From NCBI RefSeq assembly GCF_964204865.1, contig NC_135252.1, forward strand, positions 14,322,001-14,386,000: a DNA stretch of 64,000 nt, read 5' to 3'. Below the pieces are notes generated by a model. The model was not told the origin of the DNA. It saw only the letters and a list, made by a program, of their open reading frames with translations, and made no database searches. The stretch comes from Styela clava (taxonomy: Eukaryota). The translations under genes were made by a program, and so were the position numbers. Each line of letters opens with the position of its first letter. Position 1 is the first letter of the stretch. Below, in pieces: positions 34,901 through 47,727 of the stretch.

Positions 34901-37900
34901 TTTAAAGTGTAATGCGAGAAAGCATATAAAATATTGAACTCTTGTCAGCTCTTTTGTTTTCAAAAGTACGAGTACACAAATTTTTCGCGAAAAAAATGTC
35001 CACTTTATTGAAAAAACTACAATTTATTACTGATTATTCTGTATATGCTGATTGCGAACCCAATTACAATATAACATTTAACGTTTTGCCCAATGAAAGA
35101 TCTATTCAATGGAAAACATGCAAGTTAAAGTGAAGTATATAAAAAGTCTGATGTCCTAGGCCTCTTTTCCAATAGCGGTGCGTTTTTATTCTACACGTGT
35201 TTCCTAATTGGTATTTTAATTTGTGTAGATAAATTATACGAAAAATCATCATTAATAAACTCACTAGCAAGTTAGCGTCAAAGCAAATTCTTTATAAGAA
35301 TATTCAAACAGCATGCCGCAGGATTCTATATTTTTTATATCACCTCTATATATATTCATTAGTGTCCAAGTCTACTTTCATTTGTATCGAACAATTAATT
35401 GCTTACACTGTTAAGCAATTATAAAATGTATCTTATTTTAGCACTGAGTTTGCGGTGTCCGTTTATTCCCTGTGGAATTGGAAAAAGATGTTTGAATGGG
35501 AAATGCATACGTTAGTATGCATTATATATCTTTAATCTGTAATTATAAACTCCCTAGCAATTTATCGTCAAAGAAAATTCTTTATAAGAATATTCAAACA
35601 GCATGCCGCAAGATTTTATATTTTTTATATCACCTCTATGTATATTCATTAGTATCCAAGTCTACTTTCATTTGTATTGAACAATTAATTGCTTACACTG
35701 TTAAGCAATTATAAAATGTATCTTATTTTAGCACTGAGTTTACGGTGTCCGTTTATTCCCTGTGGAATTGGAAAAAGATGTTCGAATGGGAAATGCATAC
35801 GTTAGTATGCATAATATATCTTTCATTCGTAAATATATATTTGTAATCTTCCAAGGAAAATATTTTCTATTCCACCCAAATTTGACAATATTAGTTCATG
35901 GAAAAAGACAATATGATATTCGTTGAAGTGAGAAAAACTTATTCGCCCAATTACGAGATTTGTCGGAAGAAATCTTGCGTTCAATAACGTTTGCCAAACA
36001 GTTTGTTTGTTTTTGAATGGTATTTTATTGGACACGAAAAGGGAATATTGATAGTTTTTTTAAATTATTGTTGTTTTTGAAGTGATAGTTGTTTTGAAAA
36101 AAAAATTGATTTCCTTCTCAACCAATGTATCAATCGTATCAAGTTTTAGTTTGAGAGGAGATCGCTAAAAAGGCATTACGTTTATTTTTTAATGTCCCAA
36201 GTCCTGTGAAGCCTCTAAATTTCACAAACATTTCGCTGCTTTTTAAAAAAAATTTAAGTCTTAAACGCTTCCATCTTGCTTACCTGTCCATATTTCAGCA
36301 CACGGTGTTGTTATATTTCTTGAGACTTACCGTAAACCGTTACAAGTAGGTGATATTCGTGCTTGTTTATTTGAGCATTGCTCTTTTGTATTCAGATTCT
36401 GACTCGTGTTATATTCACGGATGCAACCCAGGCAAAGTTTGCAAAAACAATGTGTGCGTATGCAGAACTGGATATGACTACAACGGAAGATGTTCTCGTG
36501 AGTGTATATCCCATAATAAAATCACATACTCCAATGTTGTCAAATACACCCAAATTGATTATTAAAATTGAAAAGTGACTAATTCAATTCAAGTTACCAA
36601 AAATGCCCTTTTTCAATTTTCCTTAACTAAATTCTTAACTACTTAAGTAACTTTATTTACTTAATTCCATTGTATCAGATTTAAAGCACGATTCCAAATA
36701 AGTTACAATTGTCAGCTGTAAACCATATAGCACGATTTATTTCATATAGCTTTACCACATGTAACAACAAGATCTTTCATTGTATTTGCATCGAAACTTA
36801 TGTTGCTTAGTAATTTTTGTGTAAGCGAGCTTATTGACGTATATATATATATATATATATATATTCCTCAAGCAGGCTTATGTTGTATGTCAGTAACCCA
36901 ATTAAAGAAAATTGGAAATATCTGAACTATTCATGATATTTCTATAAAGTATTTTCAAATAAAATCCCCATATAATATTCTCACTTAAGTCTTCAGAACC
37001 TCATCTTTATTCCAGGATGCCCAGCTCCGAAAATTCCCAAGCGATGCCCAACGAGTTGCCCGGCGACTTGTAAAAACCCAAAACCTTCATATTGCACAAA
37101 AGAATGTGACCTCAGCAGAAAATGTGTATGTCCTCCCGGTTTGGTACAAATCAGCAAAACTAATGATAAATGCGTTCGACCAAGCAGTTGCAAAAGAAGT
37201 GAGTATAAGTAGTTTCGAAAAATTAATATTGGTTAATGTTTATAATGATATGATCTCAAATTAGTGGAAAATATTAGAAGCATTCAAAATGTATCAGTAT
37301 TCATTGCGAAAGGTTTTTTAGAAGATAATTGCATAATTCACTTAAATATTTTAAGATTGTGGCAACAAAATTTGCCCCGCCGGTTTCAAATGTCTTGCTG
37401 GATTATGTGCACGTCTTGTAGTTTCATTATGTCCATATAGCTGTCCGACAAATAAACACTGCGTTGGTGGACTTTGCGTATGCTTGCCTCCTTACTTCTC
37501 GTATAACGGACGGTGCATAAGTAAGTATTGTTTTGATTTTTGTTATGAGTTTTTTTGACTAGCGCAGCAGCAAACTAGCACACAAAACTGGAAATAGATC
37601 GTATCCTTCCTTTCCTTGAATTTTGAAAGAAGTCTCATTAGTTGTTAGTTCCACAAAAGTAATATGAACCAGTCGCTATATTGTCGTTCATGTAGATTGT
37701 ATAGATCCAAATATTATCACTGACAACGATTTATTTCATAACAACACAATTTGGTGTTATAGTACAATTATTGGAGAAAAAAAGTTCATGTTGAAACCAG
37801 ATAGGCAAATAGTCAAAATATCTGCTCCTGAGAATATAATATAAATAAAATACATCAGAAAAAGACGGTCTATGTAACATAATTTAGTTAAAATGAGGCG

Positions 37901-40900
37901 TAAATAGTTACTGTATTTTGTGTTTTGTGCAATTAAGTCATTTCGCATTGTTCTTAACAAATTTACTTTGTTCTCATCAGAACCTTGTTGGAACAATCAC
38001 TGTCCTCTGCACAGTTCTTGCTACAACGGAAAGTGTGTTTGTCACGCTGGATACATGAAACATGAAGGAAGATGTTATGGTAATGAATGAAATTATCATT
38101 TATTTTTTATAGATAGTGGAAGAGTAAAGCAATTGTAAATTGATGATATTTAAACTTTCGTGGTTCCTAAGTTCATCGTTTTTGTTTTCGAAGAAATTCC
38201 CAGGACCAAGAAACTGTTTAATTTCACAACTGTACTCAATGATTCAATTTTTAAATTAAATTCAATTACCTCGTGATTTTTATAAAACATGTATATCTAA
38301 ATAATTTAATATTCTCACAATTAATAATATTCCGTTTCGCTTACAGCTATACCAACATGTGACAGAATCCATTGCCCATATGGATACTATTGCACAAAGG
38401 GAAAATGCATACGTATGTATAAGAATCATTTAAAAAAAGAACTTATCTCAAAATTTTGAAATTAATAACAAAATACTAGGTTTGACCAGGGCTAAGAACA
38501 AAGTTAAAACTATTTTTAATACATTATCTTGTTAACTGCTTGTATTAAACAACATATTTGTTTGTAAAAAACACTACATATCGTCACGCTAATAACCGAA
38601 TTGCGTAAGTCATTTTTGACGATTTTGAGTTTTTTATAAAATAGGTATTTATGTAATGCTGCGCACCTGTCTGTTAACTCAGATTTTATTTTAAGAATTC
38701 TAAAACCCATAAAAATGGAGATTTAGTATGACATGCACATTTGTGCAATTGTTTCGTCATAATGAATTATCATTGTTATCGCAGGACTATTGTGACGTCA
38801 CAAAGGTAAAATAACCTCGGTGAAGTATTTTCGAATTTTTTCATCTTGGATTCTAGCTTAGCGCGTATTAATTTGAATTTATACTACAGTATAGGAAGAC
38901 GTGCACTTGTGATATTCACTGTCCGAGTCCAATTCACCTTGGTTGGCTTTTATATTGGGTGCCATGTTTTTTTTTATTCTTTATATTTAATCTTAGTCTT
39001 ATTTCGGAGGGTGTGCAGAACGTGTTATAATGATGAAATATATATTTTTAAACATAAAAAGTAATGTAATTGAAACTGATTAGCTATTTTGGAGATTAGA
39101 CATTGTAGATACTGAGAATTACATTTGTTTTTGGAATGTTTAGTTTCCAGGACTGGTTCATATAGTGAGGTTGACAAATTGCGTATGTCCCAAAGTCATA
39201 GACACATTTCTGCCTAAGTCACAGTGCGCCATTATGACGTCACCTAACTGCGTCATACAAATTAACTTAAATCCGGCCACGATCAAAAAGTTCAACCATG
39301 GCAAATTATTGACTCTCAATGGCATAACAATATCATTAGGAAGTTTTTTACGTTTTTCTCAAAACTGCTAAAAATGACTTACGCAATTCGGTTATTAGCG
39401 TGACGATATTTTTATTGTGAGAATTTGGTTACAACATCTTATTAATATTGGTAATACTGTAATATTATTTAACAGCAAGCTGTACAGCAGTCCACTGTCC
39501 ACATGGGCATTCTTGCAAAAATGGAAAGTGCATACGTGAGTAAATTAATTATCAATTAGAACATTTGATGAGAAATGTATTTTCAGTTCATTTTTCATAA
39601 TTTTTTTTAACTAATTCTACGTTTGCAAGCAAATGAAGTTGTTCAATTAATTTGTCAAATAATATAAGTGATTCTCCTAACCTACTGATATGGTTTCTAT
39701 ATTATTCAATCTGGCTAACTGTGACAAACAAAAAATTCACCGTGTTATGTCTACAATATGTTACATGATTGTGAAACATTTATACTTTTACAGCGGTGAG
39801 TTGCGACACAATAAGCTGCCCACATGGACACATCTGTGAATATGGACATTGCAAACGTAAGTTTCTATTCCTATTGTTGTGTGTATATCCTGATGAGAAA
39901 ACTTTAAATTAACCAATCCTAGTTTTAGTTATTAAATTCTACGTTTACTTGCAATTGAAGTTGTTCAGTTTATTTGACAAATAATATGGGTGACTATGCC
40001 AAACTATTGGTAGGGTTTTATATTATTCTATTTGGACAGCCAAGACACACATAAAAATTCTCGTGTTGTGTCTACAAAAAGTTAAATGATTGTGAAACAT
40101 TTATACTTTTCCAGCGGTAACTTGCGACACAATAAGCTGCCCACATGGACACATCTGTGAATATGGACAATGCAAACGTGAGTTTCGGTTCTTATCATTG
40201 CGTAACTTTTGATAAGAAAACTTAACCAAGTTAGATTAGACCAGGGCTCAGAACAAATTAAAACTATTTTCAGTACATTATTTTGATAACTGCTTGCATT
40301 GACAACATATTAGTATGTTGAAACACTGCATATTTTTATTGTGGGAATTTTCTTACTGCATCCTATTATCATTGTTGATACTATAATATTATTTGACAGC
40401 AAGCTGCTCAGCAATTCACTGTTCATACGGGCATACTTGCAAAAATGGAAAGTGCATACGTGAGTAAATTAATCATCAATTAGAACATTTGATAAAAAAT
40501 GTATTTTCAGTTGTAAACATTTTTTCTAATTTTGTTTATCTAATTTTACTTTTGCATGCAATTGAGGTTGTTCATTTTATTCGTCAAATAATATATATGA
40601 GTGATTATCCCAAACTACTGGTATGGTTTCTATATTATTCCACTTGGAGATCTATGGCAAACAAAAAGTTCACCGTGTTATGTCACAAAATGTTACATGA
40701 TTGTGAAACATTTATACTTTTCCAGCGGTAACTTGCGACACAATAAGCTGTCCACATGGACACATCTGTGAATATGGACAATGCAAACGTGAGTTTCGGT
40801 TCCTATCATTGCGTAACTCCTGATTAGAAAACTTTAAAAAAATTCAGTAGCACACGACAATCCGCCGTAATCGAGCTATAATTTGCGCTTCAAAGCCACA

Positions 40901-41966
40901 AAACACTATTGGATAGCAAATTTATTTGTTGCTTTCATTCAATAAACAAACCTTGGTCAAATGCAGTTTAATAGTAATGGCGGCAAATAAAGAAATTTGA
41001 TATTACAACAACAGAGGAATTCTTAACTTATAAATCAAGGATCGATTACCAGACACATTTGGAACATAATCTTGAGAAATTTTGCATTTTTATCTTTGTG
41101 GCGGAGAAAACTCTTACGAGGCAGCGGCCATTTAAAAAGGCATTAATGAATTTTAAAGTCATTTCTCATATTTTTTGTTATCTCAGATTGAGCAAAGTAA
41201 TTTTAAATTATTTTGCGTGGTATTTCGACTGAAACGTTTTCACATCAATTTCTAGTTATTTCCGTTTACCAACAATTTTTACCAAGTCTCGAATAAATCA
41301 ATTTATCAGTTAGTGTTTGATTTGTTCAGGAATCTGTCCGAGCTTCAAGTTGTACACTGATTGCGCAACCAGTTGCCCGAAAACTTGTGATAATCCTAAT
41401 CCATCAATTTGTACGACTGTATGCCGACCAGGCGTACAGTGTGTTTGTCCTGATGATATGTATGAAAAGGGCGGTTCAACAGGAATTTGCGTTGCAAAGA
41501 CCCAATGTAAAAGTAAGATTTTTGAAGATTTTAACATATATATAATTTTGACCTGGAATCAAAATCAATCATAATATAAAAAGAAAAATAGGTAATTTAG
41601 AAACCTATGGATGTTTCCCCGCGCATCGACATCCTTGTTAACTTCCGTAAAATTGGCTATCAGCAAGATGCAAAAAGTGACGTAACAATAGACGTTGTAG
41701 CAGCCGCTCAGATAATTTTGTCAGTCAGACAGATTTTTAGGCAACTCGCAAAACCATTCTTAAAAAACGCAACAAAATTTTGCAATCGTAAAGTATAGGA
41801 AGAATTTAACAGGGGTCAAAAGTCGTGGAAACATCTATTGTTTTGAATATGCAATTTTGTTTTTTCAGGATACTGTGGATGGAAATGGTGTCCCCCACAC
41901 AGCATATGTGCTGGTGATCGTTGTATATGCACTGGTCAGGGACCACATTTTGGGTGTGAATATTGA
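31958..41966 (+). CDS. Secreted Cys/Lys-rich modular protein A: 4-Cys and 6-Cys EGF/EB-like mini-modules plus 2 TIL protease-inhibitor domains
   Basis: Exons: 31958-32027 (signal MLYAIKILFILGVCFSVSCLAKP), 32693-32782, 33161-33277, 34451-34519, 35442-35510, 35732-35800, 36396-36497, 37016-37198 (TIL), 37356-37520, 37981-38079, 38347-38412, 39476-39535, 39794-39856, 40115-40177, 40400-40459, 40726-40788, 41330-41512 (TIL), 41869-41966 (stop). All internal exons are phase 1-1 and multiples of 3. Confidence 0.88.
35265..35822 (+). repeat. Recent ~290-bp tandem duplication of an intron+exon unit
   Basis: Near-identical blocks, each containing the exon LSLRCPFIPCGIGKRC[L/S]NGKCI. Confidence 0.92.
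38581..39406. mobile_element. TA-target MITE (~826 bp)
   Basis: ~38-bp TIR tcgtcacgctaataaccgaattgcgtaagtcattttt, flanked by TA. The empty site is visible in the paralogous intron at ~40321-40345. Confidence 0.88.
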
Positions 41967-42716
41967 TCAATTTGTGAAGCAAACAATTTCAAGGATGATT
42001 GTGGCATACCCATTGACTATAACTACTTTAGTTATAGATTCTGTATTTTGTGTCCGATGCTTAATTCCTTATGAACTTCTTTTTGAAAGCTGATTAATTT
42101 TTTCTGTGTGATTTACAGTTTGAATTTGGATAAATGTACCACTAAATAAATTCTGAGAGCGCATGTGTTTCTAGTATTACATGTATTCAAAGTCTGATAG
42201 TGTATTTTATTATGGTAGGCGATATGTATTTTCGACAACAACTCTACACCTGATGACGGTTTCGGCTATACCTTTGCTCGTGAGTGGCTTCTCTTCTAGT
42301 TATATATGCAAAAAAATTCTTGTAATTTAGTTTTAATAAGATATTTAAAATCTGTGTCTCGCTGTGAAAGACCCAGTTTTCAAACTAATTACATTGATGA
42401 TAAACGAATTTCATCACAAGAAAGATTCTAATGGCATGAAAAAAAAGAATATGCTCTTATTTGAGTAACTGTGGAAAAAAGAGTTAATAACATTGTATCT
42501 CAAAAATCTCTCACTCTGGCATGTCAGAATGAAGTAGTTCTCAAAAAATATATCCTTCCTGTTTGCTTATTTTCAGTTGTCAATAAAAAATACAATGTAG
42601 CTTAATATACCACGGCCTCTTAAAATTTTTTTAACACAACACACACCAGCATAAACTTAGTTACCAATTACATTATTGCAACAATATACCAAACAGCACA
42701 TAAAATAGCAATCACT

Positions 42717-43302
42717 TCAAAGTCGATGAAAACATCCTTCACAAGCGCACAGTTGTGGATCACAAGTACAATTCGTACAGCAGTCAGACCTGCTTGATGA
42801 GACTTTAGTGGAAGATAGAGAATGACAACCCTCAGATTTTGAGTTGCTAACTTTTGAACAACTGCATGACTTTGTAGCTGAAACAAATACGAAGTAGTCA
42901 CCATTGGATTTTTTTTTGTCAAAAAAAGTAACTAATTTTATGTGAATTATCATAACACAAAGGCCGAATAAAATTTGCAATTTTATGGAAATGAAAAAAA
43001 ATCATGATATTCACAAGCTGACCCCTAATGTCTTTCAAGAGCCTACATTAATTGTTGGTTAACGCTACAAGTAAAATCTCATCATCAATCTGCATGAGTG
43101 ATACATGCGCGATATCTTCTTTCTCTTTCAATCCCACCGACGAAATATGAACATAATCCTATTCAGCTGAATGTTTTATAAACTAAAAAGGCAAGAGATT
43201 ACATCCAGTCATACTGAGAATTAAACACAACCATGCATTCATTACAGTTACACCAACTTACATACCTGCGCATTTGCAAACTTGGTATCTTTTTGTGCTT
43301 TC
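42717..43302 (-). CDS. Metallothionein-like protein (ascidian-type 12-Cys pattern), last two exons; 5' exon(s) uncertain
   Basis: Exons 43302-43266 and 42877-42717 splice to ESTKRYQVCKCAATKSCSCSKVSNSKSEGCHSLSSTKVSSSRSDCCTNCTCDPQLCACEGCFHRL*. This has 12 Cys with CxC-x5-CxC and C-x2-CxC-DP-x2-CxC. Confidence 0.7.
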
Positions 43303-43932
43303 CTGTGGAATTTTTTTGTCCGACGAAGACTCCATTGTTTGAAAATAATGTTGTAACTTCAACAAAAATATCTATGCCAGTCCTCTGTAACGTGAAGCGC
43401 TTTCACTTTGATATGCTGATTCAGATAGTTAAATAAAGTTTCAAGTGTTCCGATTGCCAATGTCTGTTTTGCAAACATGCTTGTATTAAGTTTGGCAACG
43501 CTTACAAAAATATGTCAAAGGTAAAACCTATGTTTGGTTTGATGTATTTTGTGTTTGTGCAAGCTATATTATCCTACATACGTGAATTAAAAAGGCCTGT
43601 GTTTTATACGATTCATGCCAGTTCTGAATGCGTAACGTTTATCTTCGTATCACATATATTTACTAGGTAAATATGCTTGATAAGTCTGTTGACTTTTTGT
43701 GTGCTCGACTCCTTTCAAAAGCTCACCCTGGTCACATCTAGTGAATTTAAGCCACGATGATACATGATTATGGGTCATTTTCGATCTACTATCCGATGCG
43801 AGTGATTTTTGCCTAGTACGATATTGGATCTTGATTGTGGTATTTTTCTCGTGTAGCATACCAATCCACTATATGCATAAAAAGTAATCTTAAATAAACA
43901 GAAACAATAAAACATCAGCATGTTGCTTATAA

Positions 43933-45186
43933 CAGTGGTCGGCAACCTTTTTCAAGTGACGGACCGCTAATGCGTGACCAAAATTGTGGCGGACCACATT
44001 TATACAAATGGACTAAGCCTATGCAATAAATTATACGCATTAGGAAATTTATGTTGACAATATACTTAAACGACTGTGATGCTATTTAATGCGATATCTG
44101 TATTTGTTTGATGGTCATTAACTGTTCCCATATTAGAGATATGGTCGACATTGACACACGTAACCTGTTTCTTACATCGAGCCAACTTCGATATTTCGTT
44201 TTTGAAGTTATCAATATTGAGAACCAGGCCTCATGTTAATAAGAAAGTTTCAGGAAAGTTAACAATGCCTGTATCATTTTGTTGGGGAGATCTTTTTCGG
44301 ACTGATGAGAGACATTCTTTTACGGGCGTAGAGAAAACAATTGACCCAACTTTATTGCGACATACTGACATGACAATTGTTTATGAAGCCAGACATGCTG
44401 CTTAATAGTGTTGTGCAGTGGTCGGCAAACTTCATGTACTTGCGGGCCAAATACACATATTTCCGGTAGCGCGCGGGCCGTAATATTTACGCGGTCGAAC
44501 AATCGTTACATTGTTTAAACCTCAAATTATGGCGCATTCGCATTGCTGTCCTTCTATTGCTGTGTTGAAAGCCCGTCCCAAGGAAATGTCTATGTGGCGT
44601 TTTATATATATTATGTTTTATATATATTATCCAACAATACATTGTTTTTATTTACTTAATATTATCAATGTGAAAGATGATGTTTTTATGGCAACTTGTC
44701 GTCCAAATGATGATCTGACAAGCGAGTACGAAATTTAATCTAAGTACGGTAAGCGTAATGCATTTTAGATAAAGCTGCTCGAGGCCATATGTTCTTGTGA
44801 ACGTGCACATTACACGTTTTGAACTGTCGCACAGATGAGCTGTGGCGCAGTCCCGGGGTCCTCAGGGTCGAATTTTAGACGACTCGTTTCGTAACGAGTT
44901 TAACATTGAAACCCTTAACAACTGCATGGCTGACAGGGCATATCGAGTAAACCGTTTTTGGAATGCGTAAGAGATGAAAATATTTTTTTGTTCAAGCACT
45001 TTGGAATGCTCGACCCTCGTCGCCCCGGTTTACTGTTGGGTGCTGTTTTTTAAACGTAGGGTTTGTGGGTGAGATTGTAGAGGTTTTATTACGACCTTGT
45101 CCGTTTTTGTGTCACCTCTCTGCGGACCGGCAGTAACCTTTCTGCGGACCGGCGATGGGCCGCGGCCCGGTGGTTGCCGACCACTG
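43933..45186. mobile_element. Non-autonomous hAT element (1254 bp) with an internal second left end
   Basis: 15-bp TIR cagtggtcggcaacc / ggttgccgaccactg, perfect TSD gcttataa, and an extra cagtggtcggcaaac at ~44416. Confidence 0.9.
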
Positions 45187-45551
45187 GCTTATAACATAAA
45201 GCCGGTAGACATGAGCGCATTGAATAAGGTATAAAAGAATATTTACGACAACACGTCGGTTGCAAAGATTTGTTGACTTTAAACAGCTCATCACTCTTCA
45301 GCATCGTTTGATATACTTCTCGATAATTATTATTTATTGATGATTTCATATCAAAAATTAGGTTGGATGTTGTAAGACTTTGACATTGATGCAATCTTTC
45401 GTCTCCCAACCTGATCCTTGTATTAGATTTCAGACTCTTTACAACGGAGAAAGTGCTTTCCTAAATGAAGTGCTCTCGAACATCGATAACATACCGTTTT
45501 AAATTATATTCTTTTGGCACCGACATAACTTGCAGACATAGCCTAATATTT

Positions 45552-45747
45552 GGTGACCATACATTTGAACCCAGCACGTAAATTTGAACCCATACATTTG
45601 CACCCGTATATCCGCAGATTTGATCTATATGAGGGTGCTAAAATCCATGGGTTAGGGTTAGTATGGGTTCAAATATCTGTAAAAAAAATTTTCATAGGTG
45701 CAATAGTATGCAGGTGCAATTGTCGTGGGTTCAAATGTAATGGAACC
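45552..45747. mobile_element. GG..CC-ended MITE with 8-bp TSD (Merlin-like) carrying TTAGGG motifs
   Basis: ggtgaccatacatttgaaccc...gggttcaaatgtaatggaacc, TSD taatattt on both sides, internal gggttagggttag. Confidence 0.78.
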
Positions 45748-46372
45748 TAATATTTATTTGTCTACGTAACCTATTGGAATATTGTTAACGAATATTCACG
45801 AAGGAAGAGATAGAATCAATTTGTGGAACTTTAATTCAAGAGTGTCATAATCGAGTAACTGACTTTTAAATCAGTTTAAGCTGGCCAAGCACACTATTCA
45901 ATTACCCTACCGAAGTCACTTTTGTCCACTGACTGTCTCAGCTATCCATGTCCCTAATAAATTCAACGACGTTAGTGATGAGACAATGTGTCAAAGGATT
46001 TTCCGGTTGTTTTTATGACGAAACAGTAACAAAATGCTATTTTATGGTTATCACCAGTTGTTGCGTATATCAGAAAATGTAACGTGGGCCACTGTAAATG
46101 GCCCGCGGGCCTGGGTTTGGACCACCCTAGGATAGATAGTGAAGTGAAAATGTGAGGATTTTGATATCCATACCCATGAGTGCAATGTCTTATGAACAAA
46201 CCTATGACATCCAAGTCGTAAAAAAACAAATGCTATATTTATTTACTAAAAAATATTCCTCAACGAAGTTATAATTACCACCAGGTTTCAAGTGTGGTGG
46301 TATGTATGTCTGTTGTCATGAAATAGGGCATTGAATATGAATTCTGTGGTATCAACCCATTCACAATAAGTG

Positions 46373-46787
46373 GAAAACGTGAAGATGAATGTCAGCAGAT
46401 CTTTCTGAACTAATTGCAATTATTAATAAAAAAAGAAATATCATATCATGTTTAAATAAACCATAAATTAGCTGAACTTATTTGCTCAAATAAATAATTT
46501 CACAAATTGCAGTATACCAAGACCTTTTGTAAAGTTATGTCATCACATTGTATTTACAGCCGTATACCAACAAAAAAAACTGAAAACGTGAAGATGAATG
46601 TCAGCAGATCTTTCTGAACTAATTGCAATTATTAATAAAAAAAGAAATATCATATCATGTTTAAATAAACCATAAATTAGCTGAACTTATTTGCTCAAAT
46701 AAATAATTTCACAAATTGCAGTATACCAAGACCTTTTGTAAAGTTATGTCATCACATTGTATTTACAGCCGTATACCAACAAAAAAG
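46373..46787. repeat. Tandem duplication, 2 x ~209 bp
   Basis: gaaaacgtgaagatgaatgtcagcagatc...gtataccaacaaaaaa at 46373 and 46582. Confidence 0.93.
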
Positions 46788-47293
46788 TAAATAATAACTA
46801 TGTATACCGTGATAATTTTTGTTAGAAATGCCGAGCAACAGGAAACATTTTATTTTGTGTTTCGTTATTTTTAGCGCTAATAAAGTTTAAATTTATAACA
46901 GATGACAAAATGATTTATTTTGTGTTGGGTTTATTTCTACAATCTCAAAACCGTATTGTAAAATTATTTTGAATAAATAATGTAAATTTTGCTTACTCAT
47001 GGTGATTCCTCTATTTTGAAACCTGTCAGAGTGAAATGATTTGACCAATTATTTATTGAACAATAAAAAAATCCAAGTTTTTTTTTTCTTTAAAACATTA
47101 AATTTTTATCACCAGATCACGGAAATTGCAGTGATGAAAGAATAGAACAGTTTTTAGTGGTATGCTATAAAATAATTAGTAATATTACTCAATTTGCCAG
47201 TGTATCGTTCAATTATTCAAGATAAATTCCTGATGATGAAAAATATGAATACCTTAGTCATATACAGAAATACAGATATATTGTGAGTCAAAT

Positions 47294-47580
47294 TATTAGT
47301 CATTTATAAACGGTTTGGAAATCCTAATAAACGAGCGTGCGCTTGTGTGCTGATTTAAATCAACGCTTCCGTATTTGCGGAAAGTAGTTGTGTTCGTGAT
47401 TTTAGGCATTAGACCAGCCTGGTAGCATTTGCAAAAAAAACTAAAATTTATTTGGATTTAACTTCTAAATACATTGTGACGTACTTTATTAGTCATTTAT
47501 AAACTGTTTGGAAATCCTAATAAACGAGCGTGCGCTTGTCTGATTTTAATCAACGCTTGCGTACTTGCGAAAAGTGGTTG
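47294..47580. repeat. Dispersed direct repeat (~95 bp x 2) upstream of the lectin gene
   Basis: ttattagtcatttataaac..ggaaatcctaataaacgagcgtgcgcttg..aatcaacgctt at ~47294 and ~47486. Confidence 0.8.
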
Positions 47581-47727
47581 CATTATCAATTGCAAAAAAT
47601 ACCTACAATGTAATAGGTAATTATTCAGAACGTATAGAAGTATACAAGCGATAGTTTTAAGAGATATATCAGAGGTCTTTTCGAATTGCTTAGTATATTT
47701 GGTTTGGTATGATTGAATTTTTAAAAG

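Noticed and set aside
31958-41966. Vanabin or metallothionein identity for the Cys/Lys-rich genes
   Set aside because: The Cys spacing is EGF/EB- and TIL-like with signal peptides, not the regular C-x2-4-C helical pattern of vanabins.
42245-42300. ctgatgacggtttcggc: a CUGAUGA on plus and GAAACCGUC on minus, resembling hammerhead parts
   Set aside because: The two core halves are on opposite strands and no helix II links a CUGANGA to a GAAA on one strand.
43436-43520. Plus-strand Cys-rich reading FKCSDCQCLFCKHAC near the MT-like gene
   Set aside because: It is on the opposite strand to the MT exons, is preceded by an in-frame stop and has no clear partner exon; probably chance.
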